39,644 nt of DNA from NCBI GenBank assembly GCA_043825735.1, contig JBDRRP010000064.1, forward strand, positions 62,001 through 101,644, written 5' to 3'. Numbering within the stretch: position 1 is the first letter of the stretch; each line of letters opens with the position of its first letter. The notes beneath the pieces were generated by a model. That model ran no database searches, was not told the DNA's origin, and saw nothing but the letters and a program-made list of their open reading frames with translations. A program made the position numbers and the translations under genes. Below are positions 10,042-18,900 of this stretch, in pieces. The stretch is from Pseudomonadota bacterium. GTDB lineage: Bacteria; Desulfobacterota; Desulfobacteria; Desulfobacterales; JBDRRP01.

Positions 10042-10070
10042 TTGACTTTAGAAGACCCTTTCAATATACG
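10042..10070 (+). promoter_or_regulatory. Putative sigma70 promoter for the kinase/regulator operon
   Basis: TTGACT-N17-TATACG about 60 nt upstream of ATG10133. Confidence 0.5.
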
Positions 10071-10132
10071 GCATAAGAAAGATTGCGGAAATATTGCCGC
10101 CAACGATTGACCTACGATTCAGCGTGATCCTG

Positions 10133-11566
10133 ATGACAGCCAAGCCCTCGGATCCAGTCGCCGAGGAAAAAACAAAATCCTTCCGGTTGGTCAAGTACTT
10201 TTCATTTTCCAGCCTGATCGTCATTTTCATTGGTACGCTTGTCCTTTCGATGCTCAACACCCACTGGGCGCGGCGAACGCAACTCAAGCAAAGTGAAGAA
10301 TTTGCCAGGCTGCTCATCGAAAATCTCAATCATCAGGTTTTTCTTCAATTTATCCTTCCAGTAGTCCTTAAATATGGGAAGGTTCAACTCAGAGATCCGG
10401 AACAGTATGACCGGATGGATACCGTGGTGCGGGCAACGCTGTACAGTTTCAATGTCGAGCAGGTCAGCATCTACGATCAAAATCATACCATCGCCTATAG
10501 CTTTGACAAATCGCTCCTCGGCACGCGGCGGCTCGCCGCGAAAAGCTACCTCGAAGCCCTGCGAGGGGTTCAGAGTTCAAGGGTCATCCAGATTGGCTCC
10601 AGCTGGGAGATATTCTTTGGCATCCCCAAAAAAAGCCGTATGGTCAGCATCGCCCCGCTAAGGGCCGAGGAGAAGCTGGCCCGACCCTCTGGACCCATTC
10701 TCGGCATCGTTGAAATTACCCAGGACCTGACCCCTCAATATCGTGAAATTTTTCAGTTTCAGATTCTTATCATCCTCAATGTCGCTATTGTCATGATGGG
10801 ATTGTTCGTCGTATTGCTGCTGGTCGTCAAACGCGGTGAATCGATCATCGAAAAGCGCGCTCTTGAACGCATGCGGCTCAAAGAGCGCCTTGCAAAGGCC
10901 GAGCACTTATCTTCCTTGGGAGAAATGGTGGCTGGTGTATCGCATGAAATCAGAAACCCATTGGGAATTATTCTGAGCTCAGCCAATCTTTTGCGCAAAC
11001 AGATGCCCCCGGCAGACCGCCTGAGCCATATCTCGAATATCATTTTGGAAGAGGCGGGCCGCCTCAATGGCATCATCACGGACTTTCTCAATTTCGCCCG
11101 CCCTCAGCAACCCGACCTTCAGAGTTGCAGCGTCGAATCCGTTCTGGAAAAAAATATCAATTTCCTGAAGACTCAGATCGAAGGGAAAGGTTATGACATC
11201 CACTATCTCGCCAAGGCACACCTGCCGGATATCATCGCCGATGCAAATATGCTCTACCAAGCATTTCTCAACATCATGCTTAATGCCATTCAGGCGATGC
11301 CCGGCGGCGGTCCAATCCACATTGATCTGTTTGAGAAAGATGATCACGTCCACGTGACATTTACAGACAGTGGCCCCGGCATTCCCGAAACACTCATCGA
11401 AAAAGTCTGGGATCCGTTTTTTACAACCAAGGACGGCGGCACCGGACTGGGGTTGGGGATTGTAAGAAAAATAATACTAGCCCACAGCGGACAGATTGAT
11501 ATTTCAAACGCCCCCGGTGGCGGCACTCATATCGCCATCCGCCTTCCAATCCGACCCGGAGATTAA
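10133..11566 (+). CDS. Membrane sensor histidine kinase (NtrB/PilS-like)
   Basis: Two TM segments around a periplasmic domain; H-box SHEIRNPL, N-box NIMLNAIQAM, DSGPGI, PFFTTK and GTGLGL. Start ATG10133 or TTG10094. Confidence 0.92.
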   Translation: MTAKPSDPVAEEKTKSFRLVKYFSFSSLIVIFIGTLVLSMLNTHWARRTQLKQSEEFARLLIENLNHQVFLQFILPVVLKYGKVQLRDPEQYDRMDTVVRATLYSFNVEQVSIYDQNHTIAYSFDKSLLGTRRLAAKSYLEALRGVQSSRVIQIGSSWEIFFGIPKKSRMVSIAPLRAEEKLARPSGPILGIVEITQDLTPQYREIFQFQILIILNVAIVMMGLFVVLLLVVKRGESIIEKRALERMRLKERLAKAEHLSSLGEMVAGVSHEIRNPLGIILSSANLLRKQMPPADRLSHISNIILEEAGRLNGIITDFLNFARPQQPDLQSCSVESVLEKNINFLKTQIEGKGYDIHYLAKAHLPDIIADANMLYQAFLNIMLNAIQAMPGGGPIHIDLFEKDDHVHVTFTDSGPGIPETLIEKVWDPFFTTKDGGTGLGLGIVRKIILAHSGQIDISNAPGGGTHIAIRLPIRPGD

Positions 11567-11568
11567 CA

Positions 11569-12957
11569 ATGGACACGGTACTCATTGTTGACGACGAAAA
11601 AAACTACCCCCCTATTCTCAGCGCAGTCCTTGAAGAAGACGGCTTCGGCACGCTTTCCGCCTTCAGCGCACGGGAAGCGCTTGAACTCATAGAAAACTCC
11701 GATGTCGATCTCGTGCTTGCCGATATGAAGATGCCTGAAATGGACGGCATTGCTTTGCTGGAAAACATTAAACAAAGAAACCCGGATCTTCCGGTCATTA
11801 TGATGACGGCGCACGGAACCGTTGAAAAGGCAGTGGAGGCCATGCAGAAGGGGGCCCATAATTTTATTTTGAAGCCTTTCGACAATGACCAACTGGTCAT
11901 TTATGCCAAAAAAGCGATTTCGCTATACCGGGTCGTCAAGGACAACCAGCGGCTGCGAAGTGCTGTGGAGCACCAATACAATTTCGGCAACATCATCGGC
12001 AAGAGCATGGCCATGAAAGACGTCTTTGAGACGATTCGCAAAGTGGCACCGGCTCAGGCCACCGTACTGATCGAAGGCGACAGCGGCACGGGAAAGGAGC
12101 TGGTTGCCAAATCCATTCATTTTAACAGCCAGCGCCGGCATCGACCGTTTATTGCTGTTAACTGCTCGGCACTGGCCGAATCCCTGCTGGAAAGCGAACT
12201 CTTCGGACACGAAAAAGGGGCCTTCACTGGAGCCGCCGGTACAAAAAAGGGGCGTTTCGAAATCGCCGACGGTGGCACACTGTTCCTGGATGAAATAGGG
12301 GAGCTGAGTCAAAGCCTTCAGGTAAAACTACTTAGGGTATTGCAGGAAAAAACCTTTGAGCGAGTTGGGGGACTGAAACCGATATCGGTGGATATCCGCG
12401 TCATCGTCGCCACCAACAAACGATTGCGGGAGGAGGTCGCTGCCGGCCGGTTCAGGGAGGATTTGTTTTATCGCCTCAATGTCGTGCACATTACTTTGCC
12501 CCGCCTGCAGGAACGACCGGAGGATATCAGACTGCTGGTTGATCACTTCATCCCAAAATACCAATCGGAAAGACGGGGGCAGCCGCCTATCACGGGCCTT
12601 GATCCGGAAGTGGAACGCCTTTTTCTGGACTACAACTGGCCGGGAAATGTGAGGGAACTGGAAAACGTTATCGAACGGGCCCTAATTTTGTGCGAAGGCG
12701 GCGACATCCGGGCCTCCGATCTACCCAGAGATTTCCGAGACCATGTCTATAACATACTCCACCTGGATGGTATCCCTGCCGACGCCAAGCTCTACGACAC
12801 ACTGGAGATGGTGGAAAAAAAGATGATCGAAAGGGCCTTGAAACTGTCGGAAGGGATTCAGGTGCATGCTGCCGAAATGCTGGGAATCGGAAAGAGCGGA
12901 TTGAATCAGAAGCTCAAACGGCACCATATTTCATCGGACCAGAAATCAAAAATATAA
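11569..12957 (+). CDS. Sigma54-dependent response regulator (REC-AAA+-Fis HTH, NtrC family)
   Basis: Receiver (LIVDDE, LADMKMP, KPF), Walker A GDSGTGKE, intact [33 protein letters not shown]-terminal HTH; starts 2 bp after the kinase stop. Confidence 0.95.
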   Translation: MDTVLIVDDEKNYPPILSAVLEEDGFGTLSAFSAREALELIENSDVDLVLADMKMPEMDGIALLENIKQRNPDLPVIMMTAHGTVEKAVEAMQKGAHNFILKPFDNDQLVIYAKKAISLYRVVKDNQRLRSAVEHQYNFGNIIGKSMAMKDVFETIRKVAPAQATVLIEGDSGTGKELVAKSIHFNSQRRHRPFIAVNCSALAESLLESELFGHEKGAFTGAAGTKKGRFEIADGGTLFLDEIGELSQSLQVKLLRVLQEKTFERVGGLKPISVDIRVIVATNKRLREEVAAGRFREDLFYRLNVVHITLPRLQERPEDIRLLVDHFIPKYQSERRGQPPITGLDPEVERLFLDYNWPGNVRELENVIERALILCEGGDIRASDLPRDFRDHVYNILHLDGIPADAKLYDTLEMVEKKMIERALKLSEGIQVHAAEMLGIGKSGLNQKLKRHHISSDQKSKI

Positions 12958-13009
12958 AATAATATCCATCATCTCAGATGGTTATAATTGATGTCTCTTT
13001 TCGTGAACA

Positions 13010-13109
13010 GGCGGTTCAAAATTATGAACATCCCCATAGGGAGGGGAAAAACCAGTTATATCAGGTATCTTATGCTGCCCGCCGAAAAGGGCGGTTTAAA
13101 ATTATGAAC
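13010..13109. promoter_or_regulatory. Paired upstream activator-like sites
   Basis: GGCGGTTCAAAATTATGAAC (13010-13029) and GGCGGTTTAAAATTATGAAC (13090-13109), 19/20 identical, 80 bp apart; palindromic core GTTCA-N6-TGAAC. Confidence 0.6.
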
Positions 13110-13250
13110 CCATGGCGCTATTTGTAGACACCGTCACCCGGCACCATCGACGTGCCATGGCGCACCGCCCCGCCTCCGACCAATTGTAACCCGTTGTAAT
13201 TAATCCAATAACAGCCATCGCCGCATCCAATCGAAACACCGCGAAGCGGT

Positions 13251-13266
13251 TGGCATGGAACCTGCT
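13251..13266 (+). promoter_or_regulatory. Sigma54 (-24/-12) promoter
   Basis: TGGCATGGAACCTGCT, with GG at 13252-53 and GC at 13264-65 in exact GG-N10-GC spacing; close to consensus TGGCACG-N4-TTGCW. Confidence 0.7.
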
Positions 13267-13276
13267 TAAAGAATAA

Positions 13277-13351
13277 GCAAGCCTAATGACTTCTTCATCT
13301 GTTTCCTCCTTAATGGCTGACCGGTAACCCGCCGGCCAGCCATTTCCTTTT
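13277..13351 (+). ncRNA. Candidate sigma54-dependent small RNA (~75 nt) with anti-Shine-Dalgarno seed
   Basis: Bounded by the -24/-12 promoter and a hairpin with U-rich tail; no credible plus-strand CDS; contains CUUCUUCAUCUGUUUCCUCCUU. Confidence 0.6.
13312..13351 (+). terminator. Intrinsic terminator-like hairpin
   Basis: AATGGCTG-a-CCGG [TAACCCG] CCGG-c-CAGCCATT followed by TCCTTTT on the plus strand. Confidence 0.6.
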
Positions 13352-13389
13352 GAAAAGGCCCCGAAACAAAACGGCATACCGTTGCCCTC

Positions 13390-14085
13390 TCATCCCGCCT
13401 TTGTTTTTGCTGTGATGAGCTCGACATACTGAGAATCGGGATACTTTTCCGACAAAGACCGAAAAGCGTCATCCCTGCGCGCGGTATTGCCGGTGGCATT
13501 AAAAACCAGTCCCATCTGGAAAAATGCGGCATCGGCCATTCCGGCACCCGTTCCGTCGGCAATCTGCTGGAGCGCCGTAACGGCTTGATCGTATTGCTTA
13601 AGGGCAATATGCGCCTGGGCCACGCTCTCGAGAATCCGGTAATGAAAAAATGAGGTGGCGCCAAAGTATCCTAGGGTTTCCCGGTACAATGAAATGGCCT
13701 CGGCGAAGTTGCCTGCGGCAAGCTTGGCATCCGCATAGAACAACCGCCCCAGATGCCCAGCCGATTGACTGCCGTATCGCCCCAGCAGATCCGCCATGGC
13801 TGTTTCAATGCCGGTTAAGGCCTGGACCGGCGACTGTCCATCGGCCAGGGCTTTCTCATACTGACTGACAACATCTTGAACCCCCAGAGAAGCGGCATCC
13901 TCCCAGCGCGTGTTCAGGTACCGGTAGGTCGCCAGTCCGACAATAACAGCGAAAAAGACACCCACCGTCACAGACAGAAGTTTTCGGTGCGTTCTGAAGA
14001 ATGAAATCGTCTTTCCCGAAAACGTAATGAACTCATCGGGCTCCTTGAGCAATTGCTTGCGTGTAATCTTGTATTTCCCCATCAT
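13390..14085 (-). CDS. Membrane-anchored TPR protein (YfgM-like)
   Basis: N-terminal RKQLLKEPDEF, single TM helix, TPR-like helices, C-terminal YPDS. Confidence 0.75.
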   Translation of the reverse strand: MMGKYKITRKQLLKEPDEFITFSGKTISFFRTHRKLLSVTVGVFFAVIVGLATYRYLNTRWEDAASLGVQDVVSQYEKALADGQSPVQALTGIETAMADLLGRYGSQSAGHLGRLFYADAKLAAGNFAEAISLYRETLGYFGATSFFHYRILESVAQAHIALKQYDQAVTALQQIADGTGAGMADAAFFQMGLVFNATGNTARRDDAFRSLSEKYPDSQYVELITAKTKAG

Positions 14086-14162
14086 CTCTCCTCAGAAATT
14101 ACTCGTTTGACATCTGCACCGAACACACCAGTGGCGGCCTGCAATTACGGACCAACCACCAC

Positions 14163-15170
14163 CTAAGGTTTCAAACGCTTACGAATTCGGTCCCAGCCCT
14201 CTTCGGGAATTGCCGCACCCACCACCTGGCAAACTTCATAACCGCACGACGATGCCAGCGCACCACTGCTGGCGATGTCCATACCACTGACCAGGCCGAA
14301 AAGAAAACCGGCGGCCCACAGATCGCCGGCACCGGTGGTATCCACGGCGGTGCCGTCGCCCATGGGCGCGACCCGGGTCGTCGTGCCGGCATGACGGATG
14401 TAGCTGCCCCTAGCGCCCACTTTCACAACAGCGATCTCGGCCTTTTGTGAAAGAATGTCAAGGGCTTCCAATTCATCGCCGGCTCCGGTATACGCCCTGG
14501 CCTCCTCTTCGTTTGCCATCACGATGTCCGCATAGCGATCCACGACGTGCTCGAGCAGTGCGCGTGCCGCCGCCACCACAGTGAAACTGGCCAGATCGAT
14601 GGAGACCAGTGCGCCGGCGGCCTTGGCGTACTTCAAGGCCGCCATAATCAGCGATTCGCTGTGCAGCAGATACCCCTCGAGATGAACGATGGCCGCACCA
14701 TCAAAATGAGCTGCCATCATTTCATCCGGCCGGGCTTCCGCCGCAGCGCCGAGATATGTCAGAAAGGAGCGCTGGGCATCGGGTGTAATGATTGAAAACA
14801 CCCGCCCGGTTGGAGACGTCGATCGTGCCAGCAGGGGCTCGACGTTGCTTTGCTTCAGCCCGTCCGACAATCGCCGCCCCATCGGGCCCTGGCCGCATTT
14901 ACCGATAAACCGTGCCTTGCCGCCGAGTTTGGCCACCCCCACCATGGTATTGCATGCTGAACCGCCAGGAACGATGACCGGCTCGGCCAAGGTCTTGGAC
15001 ATGGCGTTTTCGATATCGGCCATGTCCACAAGCTGCATACCACCCTTGATGGCACCGATGGCCTCCAGAAACTGGTCGTCCTCATGGGAAAGAATATCTA
15101 CCAGTGCAGAGCCAACGCCCACAATCCAGTTTCTCTCAGAAACAGTACCAATCTCAATCACCATAAACAC
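14163..15170 (-). CDS. PfkB-family carbohydrate/nucleoside (adenosine) kinase
   Basis: GSALVD, PGGSACNT, NEEEA and DTTGAGD PfkB signatures. Confidence 0.9.
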   Translation of the reverse strand: MFMVIEIGTVSERNWIVGVGSALVDILSHEDDQFLEAIGAIKGGMQLVDMADIENAMSKTLAEPVIVPGGSACNTMVGVAKLGGKARFIGKCGQGPMGRRLSDGLKQSNVEPLLARSTSPTGRVFSIITPDAQRSFLTYLGAAAEARPDEMMAAHFDGAAIVHLEGYLLHSESLIMAALKYAKAAGALVSIDLASFTVVAAARALLEHVVDRYADIVMANEEEARAYTGAGDELEALDILSQKAEIAVVKVGARGSYIRHAGTTTRVAPMGDGTAVDTTGAGDLWAAGFLFGLVSGMDIASSGALASSCGYEVCQVVGAAIPEEGWDRIRKRLKP

Positions 15171-15207
15171 CTACGCTTTCCTTTGTCGCTTTGATATGAG
15201 CGGGTGC

Positions 15208-15765
15208 TCACCACACCAACGAACGGTATATCCAGCCGCCGTCTCCGTCGGCATGTTCAATCCGTAGCCAATTGTGACGATGTTCAAGCACCTTGAAGGG
15301 AACGCCGTCGCCAACGGAAAACACCACGGGGAACTGGGTACCGGGCCCGGAGCGCACATTGCATTTGTCATCAGCGGTAATGACCGTTTCCATCGACCCG
15401 ACAAGAGAGTTGTGAATATATCCGGTGTCGCCCTGGTAGTCTCGAAACCGGATCCACGGCCCTGATCTTTCGATAACAATTAGGGGATGGTATTGTTCGA
15501 TCTGCCACAGGACATCATAGGCCGTTCCGGGACCGGATCTGATATTGGCTACCGGCGAAGCAACCGACAACCGCTCCGCGGCCCCGAGCGCCGGCCACAC
15601 CAAAACGGTGATCAGCGCTGCCAGCAGCATGCGTATCGGTTTTCCCGACCCAATTGCATAGCGCTTTTCACCATGCCGAGAAATCGCACGGTGGCGCGCT
15701 GGGCAGGCGCCACGATCTGCCGCGCGCCTGGAAAAGGGTTTCCCGATCGCAATCAAATAAGTCAT
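15208..15765 (-). CDS. Exported protein with two bacterial SH3 domains
   Basis: Two repeats ANIRSGPGTAY...W...GYIH and CNVRSGPGTQF...W...GWIY after a hydrophobic signal (MLLAALITVLVWPALG). Start either ATG15765 (overlaps feoB stop) or ATG15630. Confidence 0.8.
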   Translation of the reverse strand: MTYLIAIGKPFSRRAADRGACPARHRAISRHGEKRYAIGSGKPIRMLLAALITVLVWPALGAAERLSVASPVANIRSGPGTAYDVLWQIEQYHPLIVIERSGPWIRFRDYQGDTGYIHNSLVGSMETVITADDKCNVRSGPGTQFPVVFSVGDGVPFKVLEHRHNWLRIEHADGDGGWIYRSLVW

Positions 15766-17945
15766 CGGATCCCCAGCAAGATACCAATCTGATACGCACA
15801 AAAGGCGGTGGCCCATGCAATACCGGTGCTGTATACCACGCTGAACGCCGTCCAGCCAAGCGATCCGGTCTCCCGGCGGATCGCGGCCACCGTCGCCAGG
15901 CAAGGGACATATAGCAACACGAATATCATCATCGAAAATGCCGATAGCGGTGTCATCCCTGACTTTTGAAGCGCCTGGCGAAGGGCATCTGATCCGGCGT
16001 CGTGATCAATAGCATGGAGCACGCCGAGGGTGCTCACCACCACCTCCTTTGCCACGAACCCCGTAATGAGAGCCACCCCGCCGCGCCAGTCGATCCCCAG
16101 CGGAGCAAAAACCGGTGCCAGCCATTGCCCCAATCGGCCGAGAAAGGAGTGCTCGACACGCCGGGCGTCGTATATGCTCTGGAGTCCGGAAATCTGTCGG
16201 GTGGCGGCATCTTCAACCGCCTGGCGCTGATACGGTGCGCGGGTGATCTGTTGGGAAGCCTCGGTTCGGATCTCGGATACGGCCCGATCAAAACGGTCCA
16301 TCTCCCCGAGATCCCGAGGGAAAGTGCTCAGTGCCCAAATAACAATTGAACCGATCAGAATGATGCCGCCCATTTTTTTGAGAAACAGCTTGCTCCGATC
16401 CCACATGTGAATCAACAGGCTTTGTATCATGGGGATGCGGTATGGCGGCAACTCCATGACAAAGGGCGCTTCCACCCCTTTGAGCAGGGTCGCGCTGAAC
16501 AGCCGTCCCGACACCACTGCCAGAGAGATACCTACCAGATAGACGACAAATATGACCGATCCGCCCCGGGGGCCGAAAAACGCTCCGGCAAGAATAATGT
16601 AAACGGGCAATTTGGCAGAACACGACATGAATGGCGTGATAAGAATGGTCAGCACCCGATCCTTTTCACTTTCCAGCGTCCGTGCAGCCATGATTGCCGG
16701 CACATTGCACCCGAACCCCATCAGCATGGGGATAAAGGACTTGCCATGAAGACCGATGGCGTGCATGACTTTGTCCATGAGAAAGGCGGCGCGTGCCATG
16801 TAGCCGGTGTCCTCGAAAAGCGCGATGCAGAAAAACAAAATCAGAATGTTGGGCAGGAAGATGATGACGCTGCCGACACCGGCGATAATACCGTTGAGTA
16901 TCAGATCTTTGAAAAGACTGGCTGGCAGCAGGCTGCCCGCCATGGCGTTGACTCCGGCCACGAGCCCCTCCAGCCATCCCATGGGATAGTCTCCCAGGCG
17001 GAAGGTCAACTGAAACATTCCCCAGATAAAGAGAAAAAATATAGGATACCCCAGATAGCGGTGGGTCAGCACCATATCGACATTACGCGAAATATCGACC
17101 CGGTTGCCGGGAGAAATGGTGAGTACCTCACGGATGATGCCGGCGATAAAACCGTAGCGCTCATCGGTCATGATGATCTCAGGGTCATCGTCATAGCGGC
17201 TGTGCAGTCGCTCCCGGAGCCGCCGGACCGCATCGAGAATGCGTTCGCCACGGGTGTCGAACCGCTGGAGGATCCGCTCCTTGAGAATCTTGTCGTCTTC
17301 CAGCAATTTGATGGCGGTCCATCGCAGGTTGTAAGAAAGATCCCTCTCGGGGATTTGGGAAAGGATGATCCCCTGCAACTCCGAAATAGCGGTCTCGATA
17401 TCCGCCGAGTATTTCACGCGGCGCCGACAGGGCATGCTCGGAATATCGGTGGCCATGGCGACCACCTGAACCATCAAATCATCGAGTCCTTCCTTACGAT
17501 TGGCAACAGTGAGCACCACTGGTACATTGAGTAGATCCGACAGTTTTTCGGTATCGATACGCATCCCCCTGGAGCGCGCCACGTCAGCCATATTGAGCGC
17601 AAAAATGACGCGGCAGTCGATTTCACGCATCTGGGTAGCCAAATACAGGCTGCGCTCAAGATTCGACGCATCGATGATACTCACCACCACGTCTGGCCGC
17701 GCCTCAAGCAGAAAATCACGGGCGACGACCTCCTCTATAGAAAACGGCGTGAGGCTGTAAGTGCCCGGCAAATCGACAATATTAAGAGCAGTCCCGTTGC
17801 GGTGGATGAGCCCTTCCTTCTTTTCCACCGTAACCCCCGGCCAGTTGCCCACTTTCTGACGGGTGCCGGTCAACACATTGAAAATGGTCGTCTTGCCGGA
17901 GTTCGGGTTGCCCGCCAGGGCGATGGTGTATGTCTTGTCTGCCAT
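15762..17945 (-). CDS. feoB: Ferrous iron transport protein B
   Basis: GNPNSGKT, GNWPGVTVE, DLPGTYSL, NMAD; gate motifs GFGCNVPA, FMSCSAKLP, FVMELPPY, LLYVPCLA. Confidence 0.97.
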   Translation of the reverse strand: MADKTYTIALAGNPNSGKTTIFNVLTGTRQKVGNWPGVTVEKKEGLIHRNGTALNIVDLPGTYSLTPFSIEEVVARDFLLEARPDVVVSIIDASNLERSLYLATQMREIDCRVIFALNMADVARSRGMRIDTEKLSDLLNVPVVLTVANRKEGLDDLMVQVVAMATDIPSMPCRRRVKYSADIETAISELQGIILSQIPERDLSYNLRWTAIKLLEDDKILKERILQRFDTRGERILDAVRRLRERLHSRYDDDPEIIMTDERYGFIAGIIREVLTISPGNRVDISRNVDMVLTHRYLGYPIFFLFIWGMFQLTFRLGDYPMGWLEGLVAGVNAMAGSLLPASLFKDLILNGIIAGVGSVIIFLPNILILFFCIALFEDTGYMARAAFLMDKVMHAIGLHGKSFIPMLMGFGCNVPAIMAARTLESEKDRVLTILITPFMSCSAKLPVYIILAGAFFGPRGGSVIFVVYLVGISLAVVSGRLFSATLLKGVEAPFVMELPPYRIPMIQSLLIHMWDRSKLFLKKMGGIILIGSIVIWALSTFPRDLGEMDRFDRAVSEIRTEASQQITRAPYQRQAVEDAATRQISGLQSIYDARRVEHSFLGRLGQWLAPVFAPLGIDWRGGVALITGFVAKEVVVSTLGVLHAIDHDAGSDALRQALQKSGMTPLSAFSMMIFVLLYVPCLATVAAIRRETGSLGWTAFSVVYSTGIAWATAFCAYQIGILLGIR

Positions 17946-17952
17946 GGAAGGG

Positions 17953-18900
17953 TTACCGGATGTTTTCTACGGAAATGTTCTCGGCCTCATCGACCCGCAG
18001 CGAAATATGAGCGCCTTTAATAACCAGTTCCAGGGGGTCTCTGAGGGGGGCGTATTTTTCGACGACCACTTCCACCCCTTTCAGAAATCCCATTTCCAAA
18101 AGGCGCCGCCGAAGGGCGCTGTGCCCCCCGACCCGCGCGATGGTGGCGCGCTGGCCTTCTTCCAGGAGGCTCATGGGCACGCAGGGCAGCGTCTCGCAAA
18201 CCCGGCTCTCGTCGTGGCCGCCATCCACTTGAGGCGCCACAACGATCTTTCGGGAAAGCCCGCGCCCCAGGGCATAGCGCTTTCCGGCCACGGCCACAAC
18301 AACCTGCCCCTCGCCCATATTGGTGATGATATCGAGGACGTCACCCACCCGCAGGCCCATGGCCATCAACCGCATCCGTGTACCCGTCCCGCCGGTGATC
18401 TCCATTATCGTCACACGCTCTCCAGGCCGGGTGACGATAAGGGGCAAGCGCTGCACTTGCTCCTTTCGGCAGATATCGCAAATGCCGTAGAGCTCCATCC
18501 GGTGCTGTAGCAGATGAAAGCCGTAGGCCGCTGCAATGTTTTCCTGCAGCGACTCCAGATCGTCTTCTGTAAACTCGACGATCCGGCCGCACTTGGTGCA
18601 GATCATGTGATCGTGGTGCTGCCCCAGGTGGCGGTGCTCGTAGCGGGCGTCCCCGTTTCCGAATCGATTTTCGTAGGCGAACCCGTATCGGCACATCAGC
18701 TGCATCGTATCACTGACAAACACCTCCGGAAAATTGCGGCCGGCCGTTTCAAGGGCAGCCATCACATCGGAGATGGTCACATGACCTTCTATCTGGAGAA
18801 ATACATCTAGAATCGCGTAGCGATCTTCGAAGCGATCGATATTTTCCTGCAGAAACAGCTCTCGGAACTGCTGCTTTTCCTTGGAATGAATTTGTCGCAT
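17953..18900 (-). CDS. Fur-family metalloregulator fused to two FeoA domains
   Basis: Fur motifs HHDHMICTKCG and HRMELYGICDIC, then RLMAMGLRVGD and RRRLLEMGFLKG...APLRDPLE...ISLRVDEA (two FeoA domains); 7 bp upstream of feoB. Confidence 0.88.
   Translation of the reverse strand: MRQIHSKEKQQFRELFLQENIDRFEDRYAILDVFLQIEGHVTISDVMAALETAGRNFPEVFVSDTMQLMCRYGFAYENRFGNGDARYEHRHLGQHHDHMICTKCGRIVEFTEDDLESLQENIAAAYGFHLLQHRMELYGICDICRKEQVQRLPLIVTRPGERVTIMEITGGTGTRMRLMAMGLRVGDVLDIITNMGEGQVVVAVAGKRYALGRGLSRKIVVAPQVDGGHDESRVCETLPCVPMSLLEEGQRATIARVGGHSALRRRLLEMGFLKGVEVVVEKYAPLRDPLELVIKGAHISLRVDEAENISVENIR

Noticed and set aside
7200..10100. Lower-GC pil region as a horizontally acquired island
   Set aside because: No integrase, tRNA or flanking direct repeats; gene order is the standard pilMNOPQ; the GC difference was judged by eye only.
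10133..12957. Naming the two-component pair pilS/pilR
   Set aside because: The family motifs are generic, there is no pilA downstream, and orthology cannot be established by eye.
13286..13327. Plus-strand sORF MTSSSVSSLMADR inside the candidate sRNA
   Set aside because: No SD and only ~9 nt of leader from the predicted start; low-complexity product.
13102..13377. Minus-strand 91-aa ORF in the regulator-TPR gap
   Set aside because: No recognisable domain or RBS, and it runs across the promoter and UAS motifs.
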